Shown: piece by piece, positions 1-13,626 of the stretch
Layout of the letters: the number at the start of each line of letters is the position of its first letter
How positions within the stretch are numbered: the first letter of the stretch is position 1
NCBI RefSeq assembly: GCF_000150275.1
Contig: NW_002060945.1
Coordinates: forward strand, 4,947,397 to 5,011,396
Reading direction: 5' to 3'
Length of the DNA stretch: 64,000 nt
Source of the DNA: Trichoplax adhaerens
Lineage: Eukaryota > Animalia > Placozoa
Translations under genes and position numbers: made by a program
Notes under the pieces: generated by a model
Databases searched by the model: none
Told to the model about the DNA's origin: nothing
Seen by the model: the letters and a program-made list of their open reading frames with translations, nothing else

Positions 1-3000
1 TTCAAGATCTAACAAAAAATTTCGTTACAGGATATCAATTAAAACGTATTAATAGCATACAGTGCGTATATATTACTTCGAAGAAAAGAAGACATCTGAA
101 TACAATAAAATTTACGAATTAGCACCTTTTCTATTGTGTCATATTCTTCATCTACAACAGTACCAGAAAGATTGCTTTTATCTTGTATATTCAAAAGTTC
201 ATCAGATCCTGTTGAATCATTCTCAGATTCTTCCTTGTAGCTATAATTATAAGGCCAATTCTTAAATAGACATGCAATATTTGGACAAAAAATATAATAC
301 GCATACTAATATAGAGATCGATGATATTTTTTACGATGATGGATAAAAACGTACAGGATTATCCAGCTTACCTAACATTAGCAGCAGCACGTCGTTGTGA
401 TATACGACTAGCTCTGTATGCTTCGTCTGATACACTATCTCCCTTTGACTTTGATGAACTACGTTTCCCACTTCTAGAAGTATTACTAATCTTAGTCGAA
501 CGACGTGCAGGGCTGTATTCATCAGCATCGTCATCATCATCATCATCATATCATCATCATCATCATCATCAGTATCATCCAAAGAATTAGATGAATAGCT
601 GTAGCTACTATCAGAGAGATTCTCTCCTTGATCGATTAATGAGCCGACATCACTAAAATGTAAAGTTAATATAAGATCACTACTCGTAATACTTTAAATA
701 ATGATAATTCCCGATACCTAGCTTTACGTTTCATGCCTCGATGACTGTTGCCATTATTAGATTTTTTTCGTTTGGTTCGTGTGACACTTTCACTATCACT
801 AGTCTAATGATAACGATACATATATAATAACTAATTAGTTTTGATCAATTCACTTGATCCTAATAGCTATTATCGATAAATAAAAAGCACGATCATGTTG
901 ACTGGTTAGCAGTCGTAATTGGAGACTTTACATTGCCAATATGGAGACGAGTTGGTTCTTTTCTTTCTCGACCAGACCGTCTTATTCCATAGACTTCGGG
1001 GGATTCCTCCCAGTACTGATTATATGAAGCACAAACATATCAATAAAAGTATGATTTTTGAATACTGCATTGTATATTTAAATATACTGCGAACCTGGAA
1101 TGTATATAAATTTTTTAGTACTACAGTCGAAGTCAGTAACATTTCTAATTCAATTATTAATCAATGCCTATCAACATGAATAGCACGCGCTTAATACTAT
1201 AAAAGTAGCAAACCTTGCGTATTGAATCATTTTCTCTCATTTTTTGGGGAGTCCGATTGTATTCTAGACCATCAGCGTCGGCTAATTTGAAGTCTGTGTC
1301 TCTTCTTTCGTCATAAAAAATGATTGCAAATTAGAATATAACAAACGCGAATGCTAATACTAATATACAATCTGCCTTAAATTACTAAATTTATTAACGT
1401 GCACCTCAAATAATTGATGTACATTATGATTTAAATCATGGTTGCACACACAATTACAGATTTACGCATGCATACATTCGCCGCAGTAAAGCTATAAATA
1501 CATTACTGCCAATTCTAAAAAGCGGAACCATAGTAAATAATAACCGCAAAGGGATACTGTCAGTTTGTAAGTAGAGATGCGCTAATACGGCGTGTTTAAA
1601 TTAAATTACAACTTAAAATGAAACATGAGGTCGTAAGATAATAATACACTTTATTACTCGTTTACCGAATCTCAGAATATAAAGGCTATGCCCAATTTAT
1701 TAATTAATTTATTTACCCTTAAAGATAGAATATATCGCTTTGGCGTACCAGTATAGAACGTTTTTATAGATAAAATTTCGCCGGATATCAGCTCAAGAGG
1801 CGATATGCGTACTGCAATTAACTCACCGGGTCGTTATCACTAATGCGCTAATCTGTTATGGCCTCTATTGAATTAGAGGCTTTTAATCCAATCGCAAATG
1901 TCACTATTAGTATTGTAAAGGTTAGGTTTAATGATTATGATCAATTATATTATTAGCTGTCTACATTGTGCTACAAAGTCCCTATAAATGGTCATGTTAC
2001 TTAAGGAGATTCTACAGGTCTATGGTACTATCAACAATGTCAATCAGTTGCAGTATGCAATACGTATTTCATGCATCGCTGTCAAATACTCTACAATTTT
2101 GGTATCCTATATTACTACGCTACTTAAAGGCATATGATATCATGATATTTCCAAGTATTATATCATCTATGCGAGTAATCCTACAATGGCTATATGATAT
2201 GATGAATAATCTACTAAACAACATTATTAATGTAGTAAAGATAAATCACTCACTTCTTGCTCTATCAGAAATCCTCTCAAAAATAGCAGGATTAATAAAC
2301 GGACTGCGGTTTGTTTATAAAAATCATTACTCATTCAGCTCACTGCAGTACACAATTCTACAGTTTATGCATGGCTATAAATAATTTTACAAGTTGGACA
2401 CTGCTCAATTAACATGTACGTATGGCATAACATACATAACATGAGTTAACGGCATGACGAGATCGTTATCAAATGGATGCTTTAAAGCCATAATTAAGAA
2501 TAATTATCATGTTACCAAAAATTACAAATCATTACAAAGTTGTAATACTCTACCACAGATAATGTCAAATTAGCGCTAGTAATACGATTTGATAAGTACT
2601 TATTTTTAAAATCACGAGCAGTACTGCTTGAAAAATACGTGCAACTAGAGACCCTAACCAGAGATTTGTCAAGGGTATTTTGAAGATATTTAAAATACGC
2701 AGCTTAACGTACAACTTTTATATAACAACCTCGGTTAACTATAAAACTCTACAATTGTAATAATAAATTAAACAGAATTGAAGGTGCTCTCAAGCTAATG
2801 ATATACATGTCTATCCAATAGACAACAATAAATTATCCTCTCCATATAAATAAAATTAAAATTCGTAAAATGGATTATATCGATTATCTTATTCGTACAA
2901 TGCAGGACTGTAATGTTTAGAAGGGAAATACGAAACGATTATAAAGAAACTTCTGCCATTTCGACATTTCATTGGATTCGTTATGTTAGAGTATAAGTGT

Positions 3001-4418
3001 ATCGTAGATGATCTCAAAATCTTAGAAAATTCTTGATGATGTGCTACTGCTGCACAGTACTATACGCAGTAGTTTATACGAAAAAAGAAAATAATTCCGG
3101 TAATAATAAATTAGCTACCAATACTATAATGGCACTTCTTTATATCTGTGTATAACTTAACTATATCAATTTATAAAATACAGTGGCTTTAAGTTATTGT
3201 GTTACTAAAATAGTCAATTTGTTAAATATGTGGTCAAAGTTACGCCAATTAGTGCTAGTAATCATGAAATATTAAAAGCTTTACATTAGACGGCGTTGTG
3301 TACATGTACAGTACAGTTACAGAAGTACGCGTACGGTGCTACGACAATTCTGTACGCCTATTATATTATATAATCACGTATCAACTTTCAAGAGTACATC
3401 ATCCAGCTAAACAAGATAAACTCAATCCTCCATTTTTAATTCTTTCGTGCTACAGTAGACTATCATGCTACACCATGGTAAACATATTCTTGAACGAGTT
3501 TACCAACTATGGTGCAAGTAGGACGACTGATTAAATTATGGCTAGCTAGTTGAAGTTGTAAACAGTACAAATAACCTGATTAATTTATGGACACTGTAAT
3601 AAATACTGTCCATTATAGCTTAATAAAATAGCGATAAAAAATGCAAATAGATCATTGAAAATCTTCTTTGCAATCATGCTAGTGCCACAATCATAGCAAT
3701 AGAGTGCATACAGTATCATCTATGCACTAAAATAAATAACTTTTACGTCGTTCAATTATTATGAATGAAAGCATGCTACTATGTGAGAATCATTACCCGA
3801 ACAGATAATGCCTTTAATTACAGGTTACAAACTTGAGTAGTTTGTAAACTCACGTCCTCTCGTACGTAAAATTCTATACACCCGGATAATCATTTAAAAA
3901 TTGATCCAATCAAGCCAGGAAAGGTAACAAACTATTCGTATTTTCAACGTAGTAGGCTAATAACTGCATATACTATAACAGAGTAGCAAGCGACTTATCA
4001 ATTAAATGTTTAGGCGGAAAAAAATAATGTCATGATTTACTTTACGCCGAGTAGACTTCTGTCCATATCGACACCGTCTAGTACTACGAATAGTATTACC
4101 ATTATTTTATTTTGACCATATGAAAACAGCAGTACGTGCAATAGAATAACAGCAGGTTCTACCAGGCTCGATATACAGCAATATTTATTATTTATTATCA
4201 GATTGGTTAAGGCAGAGGTAATGAAGCAACTAGCTTATTGGCAATGATAGTCTAAAGTTAGTCAATATTATTTACCTTAATGAAATGAGATCCGAGTTTA
4301 CATCCATACTTGTTGGATTAGTGAACTCTTGCGTTACGACACCACTTGTCATTCGAGATGTTACATCCACAAAATCATAATCGTCAGGGGAAGTTTTACC
4401 TTCCTGGTTTATATCCAT
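1..4418 (-). CDS. CHD1/CHD2: Chromodomain-helicase-DNA-binding protein of the CHD1/CHD2 subfamily, 5' portion (continues beyond the left edge). Coding exons 4418-4276, 1304-1214, 1015-932, 803-718, 652-372, 240-126, 8-1
   Basis: GT-AG exons read on the - strand give MDINQEGK...; YWEESPEVYGIRRSGRERKEPTRLHIGN (cf. CHD2 [24 protein letters not shown]); an S/D-rich tract; RRAAANV|SYKEESENDSTGSDELL (cf. CHD2 [22 protein letters not shown]); and EEYDTIEK|IL, the start of chromodomain 1. Phases are consistent except exon 652-372, which is 1 nt short. Confidence 0.88.
520..580 (-). repeat. (GAT)n poly-Asp microsatellite within a CHD exon, interrupted by an apparent 1-nt deletion near 550
   Basis: Plus strand shows tcatcatcat...cata-tcatcatc; the - strand reads GATx7 then shifts into ATGx6. 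Confidence 0.9.
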
Positions 4419-4629
4419 AATTTTAATTTTTCCGTATTGATGAGTCGATTGGCTAATGATTAATCTAGGCTGGTTAGTTTCTATTGACTAATACCATGGC
4501 TTTACAGCAATGATTGGATATTATAGACTCTTGAATCAAGTTTAGAATCCAAAAGAAGCCAACAGCAGTCTACAGTAACTAGTCGCTTTTTCCAGCAGGA
4601 ACACTTGTGAAGTGCTTTTATGGTATTGT

Positions 4630-5610
4630 GCACATTGTATAGTACAGTACAGTAGTGTATAGTATTGAGATGTAGTCCACTCCACCGTGACTGTGGTAAC
4701 GAAACTGCTTCCCTAATCCTGAACATCTGGTTGTCTGGATGTCTGTGCCGCGGGAAGAGTAGTACTTGGGAGTCACTGGACGTGGACACACGTCCGAAAG
4801 CTGCAAAAATTGTGGAAGCCGCATTTTATTGCAGTCATTTCACAATAAGCTACAGCTGTAACCATACACCATACTATGCAAAACCAACCTGGCAGCTACA
4901 GTAATTTGAAGCCCGCAGGGTCTTGTACAGCGTACGATGACTGATGATCATTAGAGTTAAAATGACCAGCAAAAAAGTCGGCCTACAGTACACATTTTTC
5001 CCAGCTTTGGTTGTACAGTACAGTACGGTACGGTACTGGTACTGTCAGAAAGAGGTTGCAAAACACTTGGTACTGTACACTGTACAGTAGTTAATACAGT
5101 ATAGTACAGTACAGTACTTACTGTATACTGTACAGTGTACAGTACTGTAAGTAGGGAGTTGGGAATGAGGAGGAACTCCGCTGATCACCACATCACTAGC
5201 ACCCTAGGTGACGCCGGTATGGATAACAAACTAAAAATACGGTACGGTACAGTACAGTACTGTAGTGTAGAATGTGACTCTAATTTAACGCATGCTCCAA
5301 GGAATTGACCAATCCAAATTCGATTTCCAAAATTTAAAAATTCAACTCACCACAAGTACAACATTTAGTGTCCAGTACTGTACAGTAAAAATACTACAGT
5401 ACTATGATTGGACTACCGTACTGTATTTTAATTTGCTTACAGTACTGTACTGTACAGTACTGTAAGCAATGTTGCTATACAGTACAGTACAGTACATTTA
5501 GTGTACTGTACAGTACTGTACAGTCAATATACAGTACAGTAAAGGACAGTACAGTACTGTAGTTAAAAAGCGTACTGCGGTATTTACTGTAGTGCATACT
5601 GAGTACAGTA
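4630..5610. promoter_or_regulatory. Divergent (head-to-head) promoter region between CHD1/2 and the + strand uncharacterised gene, rich in TACAG/CTGTA pentamer arrays and with CCAAT boxes
   Basis: Dense tacagtacagtactgtac runs at ~5015-5150 and ~5370-5610; CCAAT near 5309 and ATTGG near 5405; flanking genes point away from each other. Confidence 0.6.
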
Positions 5611-6759
5611 TTCTGGCTGCCAACAGGTTCCTATGAATCCGTCAACATTTTTACCTCTCAAATATCTTCAATAATATTAACTTTAAATAGAATAAAGAGC
5701 ATTAAAAAGTGAGTAAAATCCTTTGCGTATTAAAACAAAATACAGTACTGCCCACTGCATTATGTCTTTTAGTTGCTTTTACCTATAAAACTAAAAATCT
5801 TAATCTTACTATAACATTTCAGAAGTTTATTCTAGGTGATAACTGCAAAGACCAGCATTTCTTATCCAATTGCCAATTGATCATCTAAAAGGAAAGTTTA
5901 CGTTTTCATCGAAAGTTGCACACGTCACACTGGATTAAACGCGTATTCAATCAGCATCCAAAACGACCGGAAAAATTGAAAATCCTTTTACCCATGATGA
6001 TCTATCATCAATCTTAGGTTAGGACATTAAAAACTACTAATAGGATCAAATATATTTATGCGTACGATATACGTACTGCACAGTGTATATAGACATAATA
6101 GTATTAGGAATACTTTTTAGCTAGCATAAATTATGTTTTCGTCATACTGTAATAGCGTTAATTATACCTGCTTATTTACCCATCCTAAACCTTGCAAAAG
6201 TAGTAGTAGGTTTTACATCAGGTGCTACGGTACTGCATGCGTACAGTATACTTTTACCGTTAAAAAAAGATCTGCCTGGTTTTCTTGCATTAATATCTAA
6301 AGTTTGTAAATTGTGAAATGGAATATAAAAATGTTTCTCTAATTATTCAACTACTAGATTTGATAATGACGTACTTTATCTATTTATCTGAGCAATAATT
6401 CTTATTCTATCTATAATAATCTAACCATACCTTCGAGTCACCGTGTCGAAGTTAAATACGGATTTTATTTATATTTTTGACTTTAACAAGCCGATCAGTG
6501 AATGAGTCGTATGGATGTAAACCATACTGGTACTATTGATATATTGAAAGAATACGATTTGTGTTTGCACTACTATCCTGTACGTATACTGTACCGTACT
6601 GTACATATATTATTTTATATATATTATATTAACCGTATTTACTGTAGAATACAAATATTCTATTATCGGTTACATTCTGATATCTCAATCTTATTTGATC
6701 AAGTAGACACATATACCAGAAATAATACGTAAGTATAATTACTAGACAAGAAAGATAAC

Positions 6760-9700
6760 ATGGCTCGCGTAACATTAACTCGGCACATTGCCCTGGAAGA
6801 TAATTGGCCAGAACTACAATTCTTAAACGAAAAGATCTCTCGATTTGATGAACGACTGCTTCATCACTATCAAGATGCAGAGTTGGCGGACGAAAAGCTT
6901 GAATCTCTACGACAAATGTATTCAATTTATCTTGAAAATGAACAAAATTACTCTGTAAGTGATCTTGACTATAATTAAATTGAGTCAAGGACCCTTTAAT
7001 AATTAATGAGACAAATGTTCAATTAATTATTGCACATAAGTAATGCATATAACGGCTTTGGGTAAACTTACAGTAGACGATCAAAAATTAAGCTTTTTAC
7101 TAATAATTATATAATTATTATAATTGATTAGAACGATTGACAGTGAACTCTATAAAACTTAAATTATATAAAATGATACACCATGTAACAGTTTCTTAAT
7201 CGTGCTTATTAATGTCAATACATTCATTTCTAAATGCGACATGAATATCGCACTGTAGATTGATCAACATGACAATTTAATGAAAAGTTTTGCTATCCAA
7301 GTTACCCTTCAAGATCACACTTCAGGATGCCAAGAATCTATCTATCACAAAAGTGTGTCTAATGCTGCGTCTAAATTATTAAATTTAATTAGTCAAGACC
7401 GAGGAAATAAAATCGTCGCAACATCTAATAGTACAAACAAACAGGTGGCTGAGGATATTCCATCAATAACGGATAACGATTATAATCAAATTAAGCCTAA
7501 AGTTCATCCAAATCTTAATTCTAATGCTAAAATTTTAATGCAACAACCGGCTCAGTCATCCTTCGATCGTTCATCCAGTTGCCCAGGTAATGTAATCACC
7601 ATTTGATACGATAATTAATTAAAGTATATACGCCTTACTTACATATCTTACCAAAATTAATACCACATTGACTTGGTAGAATAGCGTCTGTTTTGCGTTT
7701 GTTTCTATAATCAGTAGAATATGACGTGAGCAAGTATTGAGATTTATTGATAATTATACATACTACTGTTTATTAACTCAAAACCCGCTTGCACTTATTT
7801 AGTTGATCTTGAATTAAAGAATGAATTACAAAGCTCGCTAATTAGGGCTAAACATGATATTAAAGGTCAATCCGGTCATCAGCGATGTAAGCGTACAAAA
7901 TCCAGAGTTCGTAAAATCAAATCAAAACATAATTCAAAAAATCAAAGCAAGCATACATATGAAGAAGAAAATGCTATAAGCTATGATGATCAAGAAATTA
8001 TAAAACAACAACAAAGTAGCCAAAACGATAAAATCCCCTTGGAATCTAAGTCAGAGATCTCTAATCAAAAATTGAATCAAAACGATAGTCGTATCACTAA
8101 AAAGAGAAAGATACATAATGTATCTATATCAGATTCTGAATTAACCTGCCAAGACAGTACAAAAAGAACTAGTAAGCAAGAAGCAAAACGTATTAACAGA
8201 AACGATAGCAAAATTCAAAATCATTCCGAAAAGACTATTACAAATATATCTGAAGGATTAACTACTGAAAAACGAACCAAGAGACGGTTAAGGAATAATA
8301 AACTGCAGAAAATTAATCAATCAAATCTTTGTAACGGTAGCAGCAATATTGAAGATGTGATACCCTTTCCAACAACCGTTACTGAAATCAAGAAGTCGAA
8401 TGCAATCCCTAGTAATTCTGAAGCTGCTAACATTCAAACAGCGAAATTTCAGCATCAGTTAAGTAAAAATTCTTCAAGCATCACAAGTGAAACAGAAAAT
8501 GATCAATGTCATTTTAAATCAATTACGAAATTGAAGCCTACCGATAAGAGAAAGGGAAGAAGAAAGAAAGCTCGAAAGCAAGCATCACATCAACTCAGCA
8601 ATCATAGAGATAAGAAACCTGTAACGTCAGATTGTATTATCGTTTTAGAAGATACACTACAGTCACAGTTAAATAGTGCCGGCGATACTCATTTCCCTTA
8701 TCAACCAAACTCCAACACGTTGGATACGGAAAATACGAAGCACACAAATGCTGAATCATCATTAGTGCAACAGCCCTTAGAGAAAATAAGTAATATAGCG
8801 AGAGATGATTTCATTAAAATGGATAAGGCTATTCCTAAGGTAGACAACCATTTAACAAGAGATTGTAAAGAAAGTTGCTCCTACAAGGATCAGCAACCTA
8901 GTAAAACTTCAGCAGACAATTGTAGTGAGTCTCCATCCAATAGTAAAACAATAGCTGCTTGTCTTGACGGAAGCAAAGTAGAAAATAATATTAAAACCTC
9001 AAGTAGTTACCGTAAATCTGTTCGTAAAAGGAGATTTACTAGGTCATGTCTTAAAAATAGTGTGAAAGAAAATGTTAATAATCTCGACAATGTTGATAAG
9101 AGTGTGGAAGACAGAAGAATAACCCGATCTTGTAGCAAAAAAAATCGTCACGATGCACAGATGGCTACCCATGAAGAGCCAAGAATACAAAGAAGTGAGG
9201 TACAAAATTCACTAGCAGATAATGAGGAAGACCAAGATAATGCTAGTCCAAATGGCGCTAACATAAGTACTGATCAAGCTCGAAAACAGAAATTAAATGC
9301 AAAGTATCCTAGTCTGATAAAAAATGATGGGGTTGACAAATTAAATGAAGTAAAAGAAATGAAAATAGAGAATATTCGCAACCAAAACGAACAATGTAAT
9401 GCAAAGAAGTCGAATTTAATGACCCCTGTTTCTGATACCGTTGATAATATTTCTCAAATCGGTCAATCCAATAATACAAATATTCCTAATTCCGATGATA
9501 AATCTGCTAAGCAACAATGCCATAAACGAATAACGGGTCAAGAAAGTTCACATGCCACAGACAATAATGACAACCAGAAATCAAATACAGTTGCTGAAAC
9601 ACCTTCTACTGCTAGCTATAGAGATAAAACCACTAAACGAGCTAAAGATAAAAGGGATTCCAAAGAAGTTAGTGCTACATACAGTGGAAGAAAAAAACTA

Positions 9701-10626
9701 ACTTATGATGGCAATAAGGCCAGATCTTCACTTTCTATTAATAATTGTTCTGGAAAATCTTCCACGGAAACTGATCCATTAAAGCTAGAGAAAGGAACGA
9801 AAGTAAGTTAGTAATGTTTGTATGTAGCTAATTTAATTGTAGTACTATAGAAAGGACGCGTTCACTTCTATACTAGAGTCCCTTTGGGTTCGTTCTATCC
9901 TGCAACCATCAGTATTTAATTTGTATTATAACTCTTATAAAATGAAACAAACAGAAGAATATTAATGAAGACAACCAATCATCTGATTCTCAGAAGAGTG
10001 ATGAAGCAGCAATGAAGGTATGAAAATTATCCTATAATGTTCCTCATTACTTTATATTAATACAAGTAATAAGTAATTATACGAGTATATACTGATATTT
10101 ACCTTACGTTTACTCTAAACGATTAGGCTGATGCTTTAGACAGTGTCACTGGTGCTATTTTATCCAGTACAATGACACGAACAAACCACACAATTCATAT
10201 GACAAAAAGATCAAACAAGAGGTAGTTATTACGAGAATTAATACATATCATCAAATATATTTGATTAAATTAATACTCATTGTTTTCTTGTAATTACCAC
10301 TTCATAATAGAAGTCGCAGTACCAAAGTTATACGACGAAATGCGTCAAATAGACGATCTAATTGTCCCAGTAAGATGAAAAGTCTGTTCTCTCAAAATGA
10401 AAATGTATCATTATTACACTCTACAGATAATAAAGCTCAGGTAAATTTTTACATGTCAATACTCCGTTATGACATTACGTAATAAACTCAGCATTTCAAT
10501 ATTTATTTTTAGACCCGGAATAAAAACTCTACGAAAAACGTTAGTACTACAATGGCATCCTTGATGAAAGGTTTCACTGCGCCGAAATTAAAGGCAGGGA
10601 TCTTAAGACCTCCGAATCGAAAATAA
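6760..10626 (+). CDS. Uncharacterised ~974-aa S/N/K/R-rich, probably nuclear and largely disordered protein. Exons 6760-6954, 7259-7586, 7803-9802, 9955-10017, 10127-10221, 10311-10440, 10513-10626
   Basis: Seven GT-AG exons in consistent phase join track ORFs 6760-6978, 7280-7606 and 8039-9811 into one frame ending ...MKGFTAPKLKAGILRPPNRK*. Several basic NLS-like clusters (KKRK, KRKGRRKKARK, RKRR). No family recognised. Confidence 0.75.
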
Positions 10627-12702
10627 CTGTTATTTTTCAAAACTTTTGTATATGTCTCATAACAATGATCTTGAAATTGTGATTTCGACATTCTGATATG
10701 CATATACGAGTTTTAATCATAGGCTCAAATACTTGTTAATAATACTGGATATCGATAACCGATACCTTATCTATATTTATTTTTATCGACGATTAATTTA
10801 ACAGTTCATGAATCATTTTTCACCTTGCACATAACAGATATGTCGGAATATCGAGTTGTACCATGATAGTATTTAAGTTCTTTAAATTGAATGACTGCCA
10901 AGTTATCATCTTGTTCGTTGTTTAGACTAAGTGATATGATGTGTAGATAGGCAACTTCTTTGCCTTTAAATTTTCTTTTAAGACCAGTAAGTCAAGTTAT
11001 AATCTACTATATAATTCACAGATGCATTAAAATAATGAAGATATACTCTAATCAAGATGAACATTTATGTTGAATCAAACTTCACAAATTAATCAGTTAC
11101 TAAATCTTTCTTAACTACTAAGTTCTAAATAAATGTTTAACTAACGCCTAAAGTATATACATGTTTTTTGATATTATCGAAGAATTCACAATTAATAACT
11201 TAACATCCACACTAATGCAAAGGTGCTATACGTTTTCCTTAAATCATGACCATTTAATTGTAGCTCCATTGTAACTAAAAAATACCGCAACGGTACAAAT
11301 ATTAGTCACTATAACTTTGAATACTCGTAGGTAGCTGTACGTATCTGTCGAGTTTATGATACCGTATGTATTGGATTAAATACTAAATTATGATGAAAAA
11401 TATCGATATCCTCAAATGTTGCCTTATGCACAAGCCGAGCGTCATTGTAGACAAACTCGTCGATATCGCTAAAGTTCCAATTAGAGAATTCAAATTCAAG
11501 ATCAAAAAATAACTATGTCTCTATTTAATCACAACGCTGAAACTGTATACAATTTTTAAATTATAATAGCTTTTTACGTACTTAAAATAACGATATCATA
11601 CCGAAAATGTGACACAGGTTTATGGAATCACATACAAATAAACGAAGACATAAACGCATTTAATAGTAAAACATTAACATTTACTGAAAACACAATGATT
11701 TTTAGTTAATGCGATATTATATGAATATAACATTGTTGTGCGAAATCGATAAAAATTGCTGGCAAAAATCCCTATATAACAGTGATATACTCGTACATAT
11801 ATAATCGATCTTCTACAAAGTTATTATGCGTTTATTTCATTGTCTATATCAATAATAATATTTTGACGGTTTACGAATATTTTACCATACGGTAAAGTAA
11901 ACAATTCAAATGATAGTTGTTGAATATCAGTAAAAAAGCAGTAACTTCGTACTTTTATGCTATAATAATCACAGTAAACTATTGTGATTTAATATTGTAC
12001 AATATACATATATACCAACATATTTATTTAATGAATACACCTTCCCCATCGATCAATATCGAATTTTAAAATATATCATAGGAATAAGTAGGGAATCGTA
12101 TGCTAACAATTGAATTGATATTGACAATAACACAAACCGATACAATAATTAAATAACGACAACTGTGTTAACTATATTACTAGATTGTTGTACTTGATGG
12201 TGACATAAATACAGTAGTGAAAACTTTTTTCATCACTTATATTTATTATAGATCAATGTAACGGTACAGTTTATAATTAATTAATTAAACGTAATTATTA
12301 CAAAAATGTTCAAAATCAAATGATACAATTAACATGGATTTTTAAAATGTTGTAATTATATTATGAATCAACATACATATATTGCAGCAAATGATAACTA
12401 ACATTAAATGACGAAGCGACAACTTTTAACTCTCCTTTAACATCTTATCAACATTATAATGAACATTGACAATAATTGACTCTAGCATTATGATCACCAA
12501 AAATGTCAACATCTGCGTACAAAGCTAGCCAAACCACCGTAAAACTATATTTGCGTAAAGTATCATTACTGCATAAACTCTCCATTAAATGATTGATACA
12601 GGTAAAGATAATAACATGTTTCGATTCTTAAACCAACAATGGAGAATTTAACACTAATTACGGTATTTAAATCATCAATGTATATTCTCAAAGCAATAAC
12701 CG

Positions 12703-13626
12703 TCAATATTGGTAATTATCAACATTAAATGTTAGCAGTTTGAGAATATTACCATGTTGAAGATTACCGTGCTGAATGTTACCAGCTTGAACAGTGCCAT
12801 GTTGTACATTGGAGCCATGTTGAATAGTCCCATGTTGTGTTTGCTGCTGCCCAGGGTGAGTAGAAGATGCCGTAACAACATACGATATATTATTATCTAA
12901 CGCTAGCCCTTGATGATGTTGAGCCAAAAGTTGTTGCCGCTGCTGCTGCTGCTGATCATAACGTAATATATTATTAGGAGTCATATTGGACCAAGGCGGG
13001 TAAGAAGTGCTATATGGATTGCTAGTAGTATTGCAAAATGTTTTGTTAACCCCTGAAAAACTGTTATCATTATTTGGAAGAGCTACTTTTAATGGATCAT
13101 TTAAACTATCGATATCTTCGTGATAAAAATCATTGTTACGAAGAAATCGACTACTTGAGTATTGGCTACCGCTATTATTACCATCAGAGTAATTATTTGA
13201 TCCACCGTGTGGTACAGGTGGATGTTGATTACTATCGATAGGATTGCTAGCGTGATCTAGACTAGAATTTTCATCCTCTATTGATTTTCGATTCGATTTA
13301 AATCGTTTTTTCCTACGTAGTAAACTTCCATTTTCAAACATTTGATTACAATCTGGATGCAACGCCCAAAAGCCACCTTTACCGCTTTGTCCAGGTTGTC
13401 TCGGTATACGCGTAAAACAATCGTTAAATGATAAATTATGTCTTAACGAATTTTGCCAACGCTGGCGATTTTCACGATAATAAGGAAAGTTATCGGTAAT
13501 AAATTTGTAAATATCGCTCAACTGCAGCATTTTTTGTGGTGATGCAGCAATGGCCATAACAGTTAACGTAATATAAGAATATGGTGGCTTTTTATTAGCC
13601 CCTCTAGCTCCTTTAGATCTTGGCAT
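12703..13626 (-). CDS. FoxB: Forkhead box B transcription factor, intronless, 307 aa
   Basis: ATG at 13626: [71 protein letters not shown]...[29 protein letters not shown]. An N-terminal forkhead domain starting MPR, with [16 protein letters not shown] and FENGSxLRRxKRFK, matches the FoxB class. Confidence 0.95.
   Translation of the reverse strand: MPRSKGARGANKKPPYSYITLTVMAIAASPQKMLQLSDIYKFITDNFPYYRENRQRWQNSLRHNLSFNDCFTRIPRQPGQSGKGGFWALHPDCNQMFENGSLLRRKKRFKSNRKSIEDENSSLDHASNPIDSNQHPPVPHGGSNNYSDGNNSGSQYSSSRFLRNNDFYHEDIDSLNDPLKVALPNNDNSFSGVNKTFCNTTSNPYSTSYPPWSNMTPNNILRYDQQQQQRQQLLAQHHQGLALDNNISYVVTASSTHPGQQQTQHGTIQHGSNVQHGTVQAGNIQHGNLQHGNILKLLTFNVDNYQY

Noticed and set aside
321-590. Track ORFs with poly-His/poly-Ser (+) and poly-Met (-)
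   Set aside because: Antisense or shifted readings of the CHD poly-Asp exon.
1968-2384. 138-aa + strand ORF in CHD intron
   Set aside because: Non-ATG start, AT-driven composition, no recognisable motif.
4900-5230. Possible snoRNA/tRNA in GC-richer patches of the CHD promoter
   Set aside because: No cloverleaf, Pol III A/B boxes or convincing C/D box pair with a terminal stem could be identified by eye.
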